The position numbers were made by a program, and so were the translations under genes. From positions 47,620 through 111,619 of the forward strand of contig JAEOTM010000047.1 in NCBI GenBank assembly GCA_016839815.1: a DNA stretch of 64,000 bases. The letters are read 5' to 3'. This DNA comes from Candidatus Hodarchaeota archaeon. GTDB lineage: Archaea; Asgardarchaeota; Heimdallarchaeia; Hodarchaeales; Hodarchaeaceae. Under the pieces are notes generated by a model. It saw only the letters and a list, made by a program, of their open reading frames with translations, was not told the origin of the DNA and searched no databases. Below are positions 49,097 to 58,893 of the stretch, piece by piece (position 1 is the stretch's first letter; every line of letters begins with the position of its first letter).

Positions 49097-49687
49097 TTAT
49101 TCTAACATAGCAAGGGCATTATCTTGCCATGTTTTAATTTGAGCATCAGATTTTCGACCAATCAATGTAGCAATTTCTTGGCTGTGTTTTCCTAAAAGGT
49201 CATCAATAGTATTTATCCCTGCTGTGGTAAGTTTCTCAAAAGCTGCTTTTCCGATTCCTTTGACTTCTTGAACAGATGTTTCTTTGGTAAATATAGGTTC
49301 AGGTTTTGGTTCTGGTTTTACTTCGGGTCCAGGAACAGATTCAGGTTTAGGTTCAACTTTGGGTTTAACTTCTTTCTTTACTGGAGCTGCTTTTTTCACA
49401 GGTTTCTTAGCTACTTTGGGTTTTTCTTTCCGTGGTTTGGGCTTAGGTATAGCGATTACTGAAGGAGTTTTGGTCATAATTTGACCAGTTTCCATACAGA
49501 TCCAAAGATGCTGCATTTTGTCAGCGCTTGGTAAGAATCGTTCTCCAATATCATATATTGCGCCAGGGCAAGATTCTTTATGATTTGCTTTTGATACTCT
49601 ATATTTTTTCGGAATGTGCTTCTTGAGCCATCGTTTCCCAATTATGAATTCCTCGCCAGGTCTACCAAGCGTTTGTTTCCATGACAT
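49097..49687 (-). CDS. Helix-hairpin-helix domain protein with Lys/Pro/Glu-rich linker
   Basis: VKGIGKAAFEKLTTAGINTIDDLL, plus KPEP repeats. Confidence 0.7.
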   Translation of the reverse strand: MSWKQTLGRPGEEFIIGKRWLKKHIPKKYRVSKANHKESCPGAIYDIGERFLPSADKMQHLWICMETGQIMTKTPSVIAIPKPKPRKEKPKVAKKPVKKAAPVKKEVKPKVEPKPESVPGPEVKPEPKPEPIFTKETSVQEVKGIGKAAFEKLTTAGINTIDDLLGKHSQEIATLIGRKSDAQIKTWQDNALAMLE

Positions 49688-49900
49688 ACTATCAAATCCA
49701 AGAAAATCGTGTAATTAGTGGTTTATTCTCAAACCAACCTCAGTACAAAGTCCCATATAAAAGAATAAAACGTTTATTCTTCTTTCATCCTAACCCGAGT
49801 TAAGTAGTTTCATAAGCATCTGAGATATTTTTTAACTAGATCATGTGTGATCAGTATATCAATAAAAGACGAGATTTACGACCCTTAGGAAATTAATAAC

Positions 49901-50884
49901 ATGTCTGAACGAAAGAAAATCGGTGTTCTATGTTCTGGAGGGGATGCACCAGGAATGAATGCTGCATTACGCGCTATAGTTCGAAGAGGAATCTCACAAG
50001 GATTAAATATCGTAGCGATTCATAGAGGTTACAAAGGTATTCTAGATGAAGCATTCGAAAAAATGATTCCTCGCTCGGTAGGGAATATCATTCAAAATGG
50101 GGGAACAGTTATTAAAACAGCAAGATGTGAACGATTTTACACCAAGGAAGGGGTGCGAACAGCTACTGAAATCCTAAAAAAATACGAATTCGATGGTTTA
50201 ATAGCAATTGGTGGTGATGGAACCTTTCGTGGGTTGTTAGAATTACAGAAATTCTGGAAAGGACAAATAATTGGAGTTCCAGGTACCATCGATAATGATA
50301 TTTATGGTACTGATTATACTATAGGTTTTGATACAGCTATTGATACTGCTATTCAGGCATTGGACAGAATTCGTGATACTGCAGATTCTCATGAACGTGT
50401 ATTTATTGTTGAAGTAATGGGTCGTCACTCAGGATTTATTGCACTCAAAGTAGGCATAGGAAGTGGAGCAGAAGAAATACTTATACCTGAAGACGCTCCT
50501 ATTGATTTAAAATCGGTAGCCACACGAATCAAAGAAGCCCGAGATCGTGGAAAAACCAGTCTAATCATCATTGTGGCAGAAGGCGTTAGTCAGCCAGATA
50601 TTTTTGAATTCTGTAAAAAATTGACTAATCAACCTGGATTGGAATTTTCAACCCATATCTCAATATTAGGACATCTTCAAAGAGGGGGCTCTCCTAGTGC
50701 AGTAGACCGTTGGAATGCAACACGGATGGGAGCTTACGCCGTTGACTGCATCTTGGAAGGGGAAACAGGCATTATGGTTGGAGAGCGGAATCTGAAATTA
50801 GTTAAAGTGCCATTAACTGATACACAGAAGAAAAAATCAGTTGATCGGTACGCTTACTCTCTGATCAGAGATTTAGCGATATAA
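49901..50884 (+). CDS. pfkA: ATP-dependent 6-phosphofructokinase (bacterial PfkA type)
   Basis: SGGDAPGMNAA, GGDGT, PGTIDND, EVMGR, LGHLQRGG. Confidence 0.95.
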   Translation: MSERKKIGVLCSGGDAPGMNAALRAIVRRGISQGLNIVAIHRGYKGILDEAFEKMIPRSVGNIIQNGGTVIKTARCERFYTKEGVRTATEILKKYEFDGLIAIGGDGTFRGLLELQKFWKGQIIGVPGTIDNDIYGTDYTIGFDTAIDTAIQALDRIRDTADSHERVFIVEVMGRHSGFIALKVGIGSGAEEILIPEDAPIDLKSVATRIKEARDRGKTSLIIIVAEGVSQPDIFEFCKKLTNQPGLEFSTHISILGHLQRGGSPSAVDRWNATRMGAYAVDCILEGETGIMVGERNLKLVKVPLTDTQKKKSVDRYAYSLIRDLAI

Positions 50885-50999
50885 TGAGACTACCTATTAG
50901 CTTAATTCCTAGTTTCGATATACTTTAAGACTCCTCCAAAGACAACAACTAGAAGACTTCCAATATAACTGATATCTAGTTTATATTAGCTAGAGGGCC

Positions 51000-51740
51000 T
51001 CATTGTCCATTAATTACACTAACTCTCTTAATTCCTAAATAATGCTCTTGTATTTTTGGGGAATTTAAGAGCTCACGAGAGGGTCCTTCATGTACCTTCT
51101 TACCAATAGCAAGCACATACCCCCTATCACTGATCTTGAGGCTTTGTTTAGCATTTTGCTCAATCAAAAGTATTGTAGTTCCTGTTTCTCGAATTTCAAT
51201 CAATTTTTTGAGTATCTCTCTTACCAATTTTGGGGCCAAAGCAGCTGTAGGCTCATCAAGGCACAGTAATTCTGGTTTATTGACCATCGCACGAGCTAAA
51301 GCAAGCATTTGACGTTCCCCACCAGATAAATTCTTTGCTTTTTCAGATTCACGCCCTCTAATGGCAGGAAAAAGGTCATAGAGTTCTGAATAAGAATACC
51401 TTTCTTTAGATGGTAAGTACGCTCCCATTTCTAAATTTTCTTGAATGGTTAATGACCGAAACACATTATTCAATTGAGGTACGTATCCAATCCCTAATTT
51501 AGCGATTTTATTGGCAGACTTTCCTTCTATACGCTGGTCTCTGAAAGAAATTGTTCCACTAAATGGTTTTAGAAACCCTACGATAGTTTTCATTAAGGTA
51601 GATTTCCCTGAGCCATTTGGGCCTATGATTGAAACGAATTCTCCTTTTTCGACCATAATTGAGATGTCATCAATGATGATTGCCTTCTCATAACCTCCCG
51701 TTACATCAGAGACTTCTAAGAACATGTTACTCAACTTCAT
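51000..51740 (-). CDS. livF: Branched-chain amino acid ABC transporter ATP-binding subunit
   Basis: GPNGSGKST, LSGGERQMLA, LDEP, LIEQNA. Confidence 0.9.
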   Translation of the reverse strand: MKLSNMFLEVSDVTGGYEKAIIIDDISIMVEKGEFVSIIGPNGSGKSTLMKTIVGFLKPFSGTISFRDQRIEGKSANKIAKLGIGYVPQLNNVFRSLTIQENLEMGAYLPSKERYSYSELYDLFPAIRGRESEKAKNLSGGERQMLALARAMVNKPELLCLDEPTAALAPKLVREILKKLIEIRETGTTILLIEQNAKQSLKISDRGYVLAIGKKVHEGPSRELLNSPKIQEHYLGIKRVSVINGQ

Positions 51741-52533
51741 TCCCTAAATACGCATCTAAAACCTTAGGATTCGCTTGAATTTCATCTGGAGATCCGTCAG
51801 CAATTATTTCTCCTTTACTGAGAACAAACACATGATCACTTGATTCCATAATTACATCCATATTGTGTTCAACAATAAAAAACGTTGTAGACTCCTTTCT
51901 GAGTTGATCTATTTTCTCGAAGATCCGATTCGAAAGAACTGGATTTACTCCTGCAACTGGTTCATCCAGTAAGATGATTTTTCCAGAAGTCATTAATGCT
52001 CTTCCCAAGGTAAGTAATTTTCTTTGACCTCCACTTAATACCTCTGCTTTTTCATGCATTAAATGAGAAATTTCCAAAAAATCAAGTATTTCTTTAGCTT
52101 TCTGGGCAAATGTATATTCTTGATCCTTCCAAGTCTTTCTTCGAAAGATCCCCTTAAAGAAGTCGATTAACACGGTGCTCAATCTCTCTCCTGAATGAAA
52201 CTGTGCTGCAATTAGCATATTCTCCATTACGGTCAATTTTGGAAAGATTTGAGTTACTTGAAAGGTTCTAACAAGGCCTGATTGAGCAATCTGATGTGTT
52301 CTTTCTTCGTTAATAAGTTCCCCATCAAAGAAAACTTCACCTGAATCATCCTCATCTTTAGAAATAACATTTGTGATTACATTAAAAAGAGTGCTTTTAC
52401 CTGACCCATTCGGACCAATAAGCCCAATTATTTTTTGTCGTTTGAGAGTAAGATCAACATTGTTCAAAGCTTGAAGTCCTGAAAAGTTCTTACTCACTTT
52501 CTTTGTCTCTAGTATATCACTCATCTTCATCAT
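51727..52533 (-). CDS. livG: Branched-chain amino acid ABC transporter ATP-binding subunit
   Basis: GPNGSGKSTLFN, RTFQ, LSGGQRKL, LDEPVAG, VEHNMD, VLDAYLG. Confidence 0.92.
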   Translation of the reverse strand: MMKMSDILETKKVSKNFSGLQALNNVDLTLKRQKIIGLIGPNGSGKSTLFNVITNVISKDEDDSGEVFFDGELINEERTHQIAQSGLVRTFQVTQIFPKLTVMENMLIAAQFHSGERLSTVLIDFFKGIFRRKTWKDQEYTFAQKAKEILDFLEISHLMHEKAEVLSGGQRKLLTLGRALMTSGKIILLDEPVAGVNPVLSNRIFEKIDQLRKESTTFFIVEHNMDVIMESSDHVFVLSKGEIIADGSPDEIQANPKVLDAYLGNEVE

Positions 52534-52536
52534 CTA

Positions 52537-53745
52537 CTAAAAAATGTCCTCGTCCGCCTTTGTTTGCTGTATCTCTTGTAAATCTGTAGATTCAACTTTA
52601 GTAGCAACTGTTTTTATTGTTCTTTCAGGAAGTAAACCCTCAGATCGAAAGATTAGCACAAGAATAAGAAAGATTCCGAAAAACGCTTGCTGTCCGTAAA
52701 TAGGATCTATTCGTATTAGATCCTGAAAATTTGAAACAAGAGGAATCTGATCAATTGGGTTTAAGAAACCTGCAATTCTGTTCAAAAATCCCACAATATC
52801 TTCTCTAAATTGTCTAGTGAGGAAATCCGCGCTCCAGATTGCAATACTACCCACAATCGTTCCTCTATTATTAGCTAGTCCACCAATAATGATCATCATC
52901 CACATAAGAAATGTATAATATGGAGGAAACCCTGAAGGGGTAAAACTAACTATATAAAGAGACCAAATTCCTCCTGCTAACCCAGCAAAGGAACTAGCTA
53001 GGATGAATGCTTTAATCCTATAAGCGACAACATTTTTCCCAAGACTTTCTGCAGCAAGTTCGTTCTCTCTAATAGATTTTAACACTCTGCCCCATGGGGA
53101 ATTATAGAGGTATTCTAAAAAGAGGTATACCATGAAGAATAGTAAACTGATAGCCACCATAAATACAAAATCAGCAACAACAGGAGCTTCAATCACTGTG
53201 CCACCAATAGTGAGATCAGTTGTAATAAATTTGCGGAATATATTATCAATTGATAAACCGAACGCACCTCCCGAGGATCGTTGTCCCAATCCTGTACTTT
53301 GTGGCCATGCCAACCAGACTTCTGCTAGTAATGCGGTTCGTAGAATTTCCCCAATTGCAATAGTAACAATGGCTAGATAATCTTCCCGTAAATGTAATGT
53401 AGGAAGTGCCAGTAAATATCCGAATACTCCACCTACTACCATTGCTCCTAATATCCCAACATAGAATGGATAATGAAGGAGATACAACATTCCTGAAGTG
53501 TAACATCCAATCATAAAGAATGCTATCTTACCAAAATTGGAAATCCCTATTAAACCCACCTCAAGATTTAAAGATAAGGCTGCAATGCCAAATATTCCCG
53601 CAATCGAGAATAAAGGTACCGATATTGCCAGACCATTTATCCCACTAAAATTTAGTAGTGCTGTAATTACAAGGAACGCTCCCGCCCATCCAATGATAAT
53701 CGGAACTGTGTTATGTCCTTTAGAAATGATACTTTCTTGACCCAC
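52537..53745 (-). CDS. livM: Branched-chain amino acid ABC transporter permease
   Basis: LREDYLAIVT, SPWGRVLKSIRENE, IIGG. Confidence 0.9.
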   Translation of the reverse strand: MGQESIISKGHNTVPIIIGWAGAFLVITALLNFSGINGLAISVPLFSIAGIFGIAALSLNLEVGLIGISNFGKIAFFMIGCYTSGMLYLLHYPFYVGILGAMVVGGVFGYLLALPTLHLREDYLAIVTIAIGEILRTALLAEVWLAWPQSTGLGQRSSGGAFGLSIDNIFRKFITTDLTIGGTVIEAPVVADFVFMVAISLLFFMVYLFLEYLYNSPWGRVLKSIRENELAAESLGKNVVAYRIKAFILASSFAGLAGGIWSLYIVSFTPSGFPPYYTFLMWMMIIIGGLANNRGTIVGSIAIWSADFLTRQFREDIVGFLNRIAGFLNPIDQIPLVSNFQDLIRIDPIYGQQAFFGIFLILVLIFRSEGLLPERTIKTVATKVESTDLQEIQQTKADEDIF

Positions 53746-53755
53746 CTATCTTCAC

Positions 53756-55411
53756 CTACCGATCCTTTGCAGATTCCTCTCCAAATAACCCTGAGGGTTT
53801 TATAAGCAAAACCATAACTAGAATTAGAAAACCTATTGCGATCTGATACTCTGCTTTGAAGCTTGGTTCAATTCTAAACGTAGCGGTCCTTAAATTTCCT
53901 AGGAGAATTGGAATTTCAAGGAAAATTTGATTAAAGGTTCCAGTTCTTAACTGTGTAAGTAGGAATGATCCGAAATTTTCTGCTAGACCTACAATGTATG
54001 CAGCAATAATTGTCCCTCTATAACTACCTATCCCCCCCAAAATAATAACTGCAAATGTTGGTAAAAGTAGTAAAAATCCTTTAGTAGGAGTTAATGGAGT
54101 ATTAGCGAGAAATTTCAATGCTCCTCCCATACCAGCAAAACCTGCGCCAATAATCCATACAATCGCAATTATCGTACCTTTAGATATCCCAGAGGCTTGA
54201 GCAAGATCTGGATTGTCAGCCATGGCTCGCATAGCTTTTCCTAATTTGGTTTTTCTAATAATTAAATCTAGCACTACCGCAAAGAAGAGTGCCAAGATGA
54301 TTACAATTATTTTTATCTCATTTAATCTTGGTTGATTTTCAATTCTGAGAACTCTTTGTATAGTTCCATAAGTATTAGAGAGTAGAGCACGAATAATGAA
54401 TGAAACTCCAATACTAGCAATCATTAACGTCATCGGAGTTGCTTTTCTTGCTCTTAACGGTCTGAATACTAAATAATCAATAGTAAGCGCTAAGAGGCCA
54501 CTAATAATAAATGTAACTATAAGATCCACAATTAAAAGTACATAAAAACTTTCTGGAACCGATTTAATAATTGTAATGATGGATCCAAATGCAGGGATAT
54601 CTTCTAAAGCAGTAAATATTGTACCAAAAATTGGAATTCCTTCTAGAGTAGAATAAACTGGTTCCAAGATTGGTACACTATTAATGAAATCTAAGAGTGG
54701 ATCCAATACAGCAATAACTGAAGGGAGTGCAAATACAATTGTATAAGGACCAGTTACTATTAATTCACCATGGCTAAAATTTGCGAAATTGAGGATTTTG
54801 TAAGTTAATGTTAATCCTATACCTAGTAGGATATAGATACTTCCAGTAAATAGTGAATTTCTAAGAGTTTCTAGAATTATTTCAATTCCCACGATTGTTT
54901 TTCCTATATAAACGAATCCTAAGAGGTATGCTAAGAGATAAATAGCCATGAATATAAAGAATGGGTATAATATATATTGCCACAAAGGAATATCTGTGAG
55001 ATATTCTCTTTTAAAGCGATGTGCTACTTCCTTTCTCCAAACAAAGAGGAAAAACACAGGACCATAAACTAGTAAAAAGTATGTGAGTACATTATCATAA
55101 ATTCCCAGTAATCCTAATCGAAAAACAGAGTCAATGACTCCAAGCATCCCAATTGTGAAAAATAACATCCCCCAAAAAGCAGATAGTAATTTTACTGGTT
55201 TTTCCACCTGAATTTCGTTTTGAATCTTATTCAAAGCCCACAGGAGAAGAAAAGGACCGAAAAATACTTCAAAAAATATTCTTAAATTAAGAGTAAACCC
55301 TGTTGATAAGATTTCAGCAGGGGTAAGGATCGTAAGGAATAAACCAATAATAATGATGATATATTGAAAAAATCGATTTTCAGAGGGTGATTCTATAGAT
55401 GTTCCAGACAT
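53756..55411 (-). CDS. livH: Branched-chain amino acid ABC transporter permease with extra N-terminal TM helices
   Basis: GLTLTYKILNFANFSHGE, TKLGKAMRAMADN, VIILGGIGS, KPSGLFG. Confidence 0.88.
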   Translation of the reverse strand: MSGTSIESPSENRFFQYIIIIIGLFLTILTPAEILSTGFTLNLRIFFEVFFGPFLLLWALNKIQNEIQVEKPVKLLSAFWGMLFFTIGMLGVIDSVFRLGLLGIYDNVLTYFLLVYGPVFFLFVWRKEVAHRFKREYLTDIPLWQYILYPFFIFMAIYLLAYLLGFVYIGKTIVGIEIILETLRNSLFTGSIYILLGIGLTLTYKILNFANFSHGELIVTGPYTIVFALPSVIAVLDPLLDFINSVPILEPVYSTLEGIPIFGTIFTALEDIPAFGSIITIIKSVPESFYVLLIVDLIVTFIISGLLALTIDYLVFRPLRARKATPMTLMIASIGVSFIIRALLSNTYGTIQRVLRIENQPRLNEIKIIVIILALFFAVVLDLIIRKTKLGKAMRAMADNPDLAQASGISKGTIIAIVWIIGAGFAGMGGALKFLANTPLTPTKGFLLLLPTFAVIILGGIGSYRGTIIAAYIVGLAENFGSFLLTQLRTGTFNQIFLEIPILLGNLRTATFRIEPSFKAEYQIAIGFLILVMVLLIKPSGLFGEESAKDR

Positions 55412-55492
55412 TGTAAATTCACTGTTTCAATGATTGGCGTCTTTAGTACTCTAGTAGTTTTTCGTAATAACTGATTTGGAAGAAATCTTTGT

Positions 55493-55516
55493 AAAAAAAA
55501 GAAGGGGGTGGTCTCT
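55493..55516 (-). terminator. Putative oligo-T terminator/attenuator after livK
   Basis: Minus strand reads AGAGACCACCCCCTTC followed by T8, directly after the stop codon. Confidence 0.45.
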
Positions 55517-56887
55517 TTAAAGAGACTTTTTCCTCCGAATAGTGATAACAAACACTCCAAGACCAAATATTGCAAGTAATGTTGACAATACTTCAAAACC
55601 AGGAGCGCCGTCATCTTCTCCTCGTGGATCAATGAAATCATCTGTTGTTGTGAGCCCTGCGCCTGCTGACCAAGAACCAACGACTTTGAGTTCACCTGAT
55701 TGGAATTGGAATATATCATATGATGCTTCCACTACATCTCCAACCGCTGAAAAAGTTTTATTTCCTGTAGCGCCTACAAAGGCCTTTCCTACATCAGCTA
55801 TTTCTGCATTAATCAACTCACCATCATAAGTCCCTGCAGCTTCAATTGCTAAGGCACCTACAAATAACGCATCATAGGCATAATCCGCGAAGATTTTTGG
55901 TTGTTTATCTGCACTTTGAGGACTTGCAATACCTAGATCAACGATAGTTCCTAGACTATCAATGAAATCACTGTATTTACCTTCTCCGGCCGCAAATACG
56001 TGAGGTTTTGTACCTGCGACAAGTTCTGAATCATTTTCAATTGTTGCTGTTGTCTCTTCTGGATCTAGTAGGGTTTCATCAGCTATACCATCTGTACCGA
56101 ATACTGGGAGGTCAACTCCACCTTCTCTAAGATCAGTAATGAAGTTTCCACCATCAGTAATATAGGCGATTAAGACAACTGCTTCTGCTTCAGTTTGCTG
56201 TTTAATACTGGTTACTGTAGCTCCGAAATCAGTTGTTCCTGGTGCATAGCTTATTTGATCTAGTACTTCACCACCTAAAGCAGTGAATTCAGCATTTACA
56301 CCATCTCCGAAACCTGTACCATAGTCATCACCACGATGAACAACGACTATCTTAGCGAAGTCGAGTTCATTTAGGAGATTTGCCATAGCGAGAGATTGAA
56401 GGGCATCAGTGGGAACTGTTCTCCAGAAATAGTCATAGGTAGCATTGGATAGGAATGCACCTGTAGAGGCATAAGAGATTTGAGCAATATGATCATCTTT
56501 TGCTCGTTCTGCCACAGCTTTAGATGCAGAGGAACCGGCAGCACCAATGATAAGCTCAACCCCTGCTGCTTTTACTGTTTCATAGGCGGTAATTGCAGCT
56601 GTTTCTTCTGCTTTCGAATCTTGGAGATTCAATGTTACATTGAAACTGAAATCAGCCGAATTATTTATTTCATAGGCAGCTGCCAATATTCCATCGACAA
56701 TACCTAATCCTAACGCCTCCAACTCTCCTGTGATAGGTGCGAGGACACCTACTTCAAGAACAGCTGCGAGGGCATCTGGTTCGGCCTTAGCTACAACAGC
56801 GACAGGCCGAGCTTGGACGGTAGACAAGCCTATAACCCCAATGAGAAGACTTGCTAATCCAAATGTGTATACGAATTTTTTATTCAT
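55517..56887 (-). CDS. livK: Branched-chain amino acid ABC transporter substrate-binding protein with PGFE-type C-terminal anchor
   Basis: VGVLAPITG, IIGAAGS, QISYAST, FWRTVPTD, YAYDA, GATG; ends APGFE-TM-RRKK. Confidence 0.9.
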   Translation of the reverse strand: MNKKFVYTFGLASLLIGVIGLSTVQARPVAVVAKAEPDALAAVLEVGVLAPITGELEALGLGIVDGILAAAYEINNSADFSFNVTLNLQDSKAEETAAITAYETVKAAGVELIIGAAGSSASKAVAERAKDDHIAQISYASTGAFLSNATYDYFWRTVPTDALQSLAMANLLNELDFAKIVVVHRGDDYGTGFGDGVNAEFTALGGEVLDQISYAPGTTDFGATVTSIKQQTEAEAVVLIAYITDGGNFITDLREGGVDLPVFGTDGIADETLLDPEETTATIENDSELVAGTKPHVFAAGEGKYSDFIDSLGTIVDLGIASPQSADKQPKIFADYAYDALFVGALAIEAAGTYDGELINAEIADVGKAFVGATGNKTFSAVGDVVEASYDIFQFQSGELKVVGSWSAGAGLTTTDDFIDPRGEDDGAPGFEVLSTLLAIFGLGVFVITIRRKKSL

Positions 56888-57121
56888 TTTCCTAACTCCT
56901 TCATTAAACTTAATAATGAAGACACTTTCTCTATATTAATGTTAAGATCGTTTTTTGACCAATTTCTCTGAGATAACCCTTTTCGTAGATACTCAGAAAA
57001 ATCCTTTAGACATTCGTGAAAACAATAAAATTGTCTTATATCTTCCACAGATAATCAACAAAGATCTAACCCCCATTTCGGTTCACCAAAATGGTTTACA
57101 TGAGTCAGATCTAAGGATTAC

Positions 57122-57147
57122 CACTGGCATTAACACATATGCCAGTG
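57122..57147. repeat. Perfect 9-bp inverted repeat (hairpin or operator)
   Basis: CACTGGCAT-TAACACAT-ATGCCAGTG in the intergenic region upstream of livK. Confidence 0.6.
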
Positions 57148-57357
57148 AAAAATATACGCACTAATAAAGTTATCAGAAAATCCTAATCGACTCATTAACA
57201 TCTAGTTAACACCCCACAAAAATATATCTTATAAGCCTTGTTTATATTGCAATTACATTTTCACAATATGGATGAAGGGGTTATTCTAAAAGTAGAGAAC
57301 TAATTTTGATTTCCGAAGAATTGCAAATAGTATTGTTAGATTATCTATTTACTAAGG

Positions 57358-58179
57358 TTAATTCTCATATTTTTCTCGATAGTGACTGGCTGCGGTTACA
57401 GCTTTCGAGGTATCAACATTAATCCGTTTTTGCCACCAGAAAGTGTCTATCGCATAAAAGGTAATTGCAAGGAGGAAAAAGAAAAACGTCACAAAATCAA
57501 CTGGTTGCTTAACAAGTAAATCATAAATTAGCTTTGCAGCTAGAATTATTAATGAATAACCAAATGAAAGAAAAATATAACTCAATGTATCAATATACAA
57601 CCAATTCTTAATCCAATTGACCCCAGCAAATTCGATATACGACCCCACAAAAATCGCAATAAAGAGTAGGCCTAGTTCATCCGCAGAATAGAAGGCAAGG
57701 AATGCACAAATGGCTCTCAAATAGAGGAAATATTGGTCTCTCCGTGTTTCACCAAACTTGGCTTCAAATATAATCATAGGGATAATCAAGAGGATTCCAG
57801 GGAGAAAGAACTGATTTAAAGGAGCTTCTACAATCCTGCTAATGGATAGAGTAAAGATACTTACCATTCCCCAAGCGAATCCAACATAGTAAGAATGACC
57901 AAAAGTCGGATCCCATGGATGATATTTCCATTTATTCGAACTCACACCCCAATAATCTGTTATATAGCCAATAATTAGACCAAACCAAAAATAAAACCAG
58001 AGTTGCAATGCTGGTTCGAAAACTACTTCGTAGAGAACCATATATAATATCCCTAACCCCAAACAAATCCAATCATTTCGTGTTTTATTATTTAACCAAA
58101 GAACAAATGGAACACCGAACAAGAAAAAACCTAAATCCCATAAGGGTATTAAGGGTTCAAATTCTTCTGGTAGCAACAT
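57358..58179 (-). CDS. Integral membrane protein with internal duplication
   Basis: Hydrophobic throughout; GYITDYWGV..WKY and GSYIEFAGV..WLY look like repeated halves. Confidence 0.65.
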   Translation of the reverse strand: MLLPEEFEPLIPLWDLGFFLFGVPFVLWLNNKTRNDWICLGLGILYMVLYEVVFEPALQLWFYFWFGLIIGYITDYWGVSSNKWKYHPWDPTFGHSYYVGFAWGMVSIFTLSISRIVEAPLNQFFLPGILLIIPMIIFEAKFGETRRDQYFLYLRAICAFLAFYSADELGLLFIAIFVGSYIEFAGVNWIKNWLYIDTLSYIFLSFGYSLIILAAKLIYDLLVKQPVDFVTFFFFLLAITFYAIDTFWWQKRINVDTSKAVTAASHYREKYEN

Positions 58180-58424
58180 AAGTATATCTCTCTTAGAATT
58201 TAATTGTGAAACGAACAGTAGTCTTGCTTTCTGGAAAGAAATAATTACAAACTATCCAGTATTTCACCATTTAGAACAGAGATTTTTATTTCTATCGTGG
58301 TTCCGCCAGAAATTGAACCGATATGTATAAGCTTTGGCAAAAACCTTTCCAACTTCGTAGGAGAATTTTTATTGATAAGCCTGATTTTCTTCCCATTGAG
58401 ACAATAATTCTCAAATAAACCTAG

Positions 58425-58769
58425 ATGTTGCTTATGGTATCTATCATTAGTGAGGAAGAGTTTGCTGACAAGATTAAGTCAAATCTTGCAACCAATAATC
58501 CCCGTCCCTTAGTTGTTGACTGTTTCACTGATTGGTGCCCTCCTTGTAAAGCCTCTGCACCTGTGTATGAGTCATTAAGTAAGAAGTATACAGAGGCAGA
58601 TTTTGTGAAAATCAATGTGGATGAAAATCCTGGTGTAGCTCACAAATTAAAGGTTCAAGGAGTTCCTACTTTCGCAATACTTAGGGGAAATAAACTTATT
58701 GCTAAAATAGTCGGAGCAGACATGCGGAAAGTGGAAAGTAAAATTCAAGAGGCCATTAAAACATCATAG
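58425..58769 (+). CDS. trxA: Thioredoxin
   Basis: WCPPCK, KINVDE, GVPTF, VGAD. Confidence 0.92.
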   Translation: MLLMVSIISEEEFADKIKSNLATNNPRPLVVDCFTDWCPPCKASAPVYESLSKKYTEADFVKINVDENPGVAHKLKVQGVPTFAILRGNKLIAKIVGADMRKVESKIQEAIKTS

Positions 58770-58893
58770 AATATTTTTAGAATTATTTCTGACAAATCGG
58801 GGGAAAATAGACTATCTCTTTGAAATCAAGTTCCGCTTCATTATATTTTAATTTGTAGTAACCGTCTGCCTTAATCGGTAGCGAGTTTCGATT

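Noticed and set aside
49268-49484. Gly/Phe- and Arg/Phe-rich + strand ORFs
   Set aside because: Antisense shadows of the KPEP linker.
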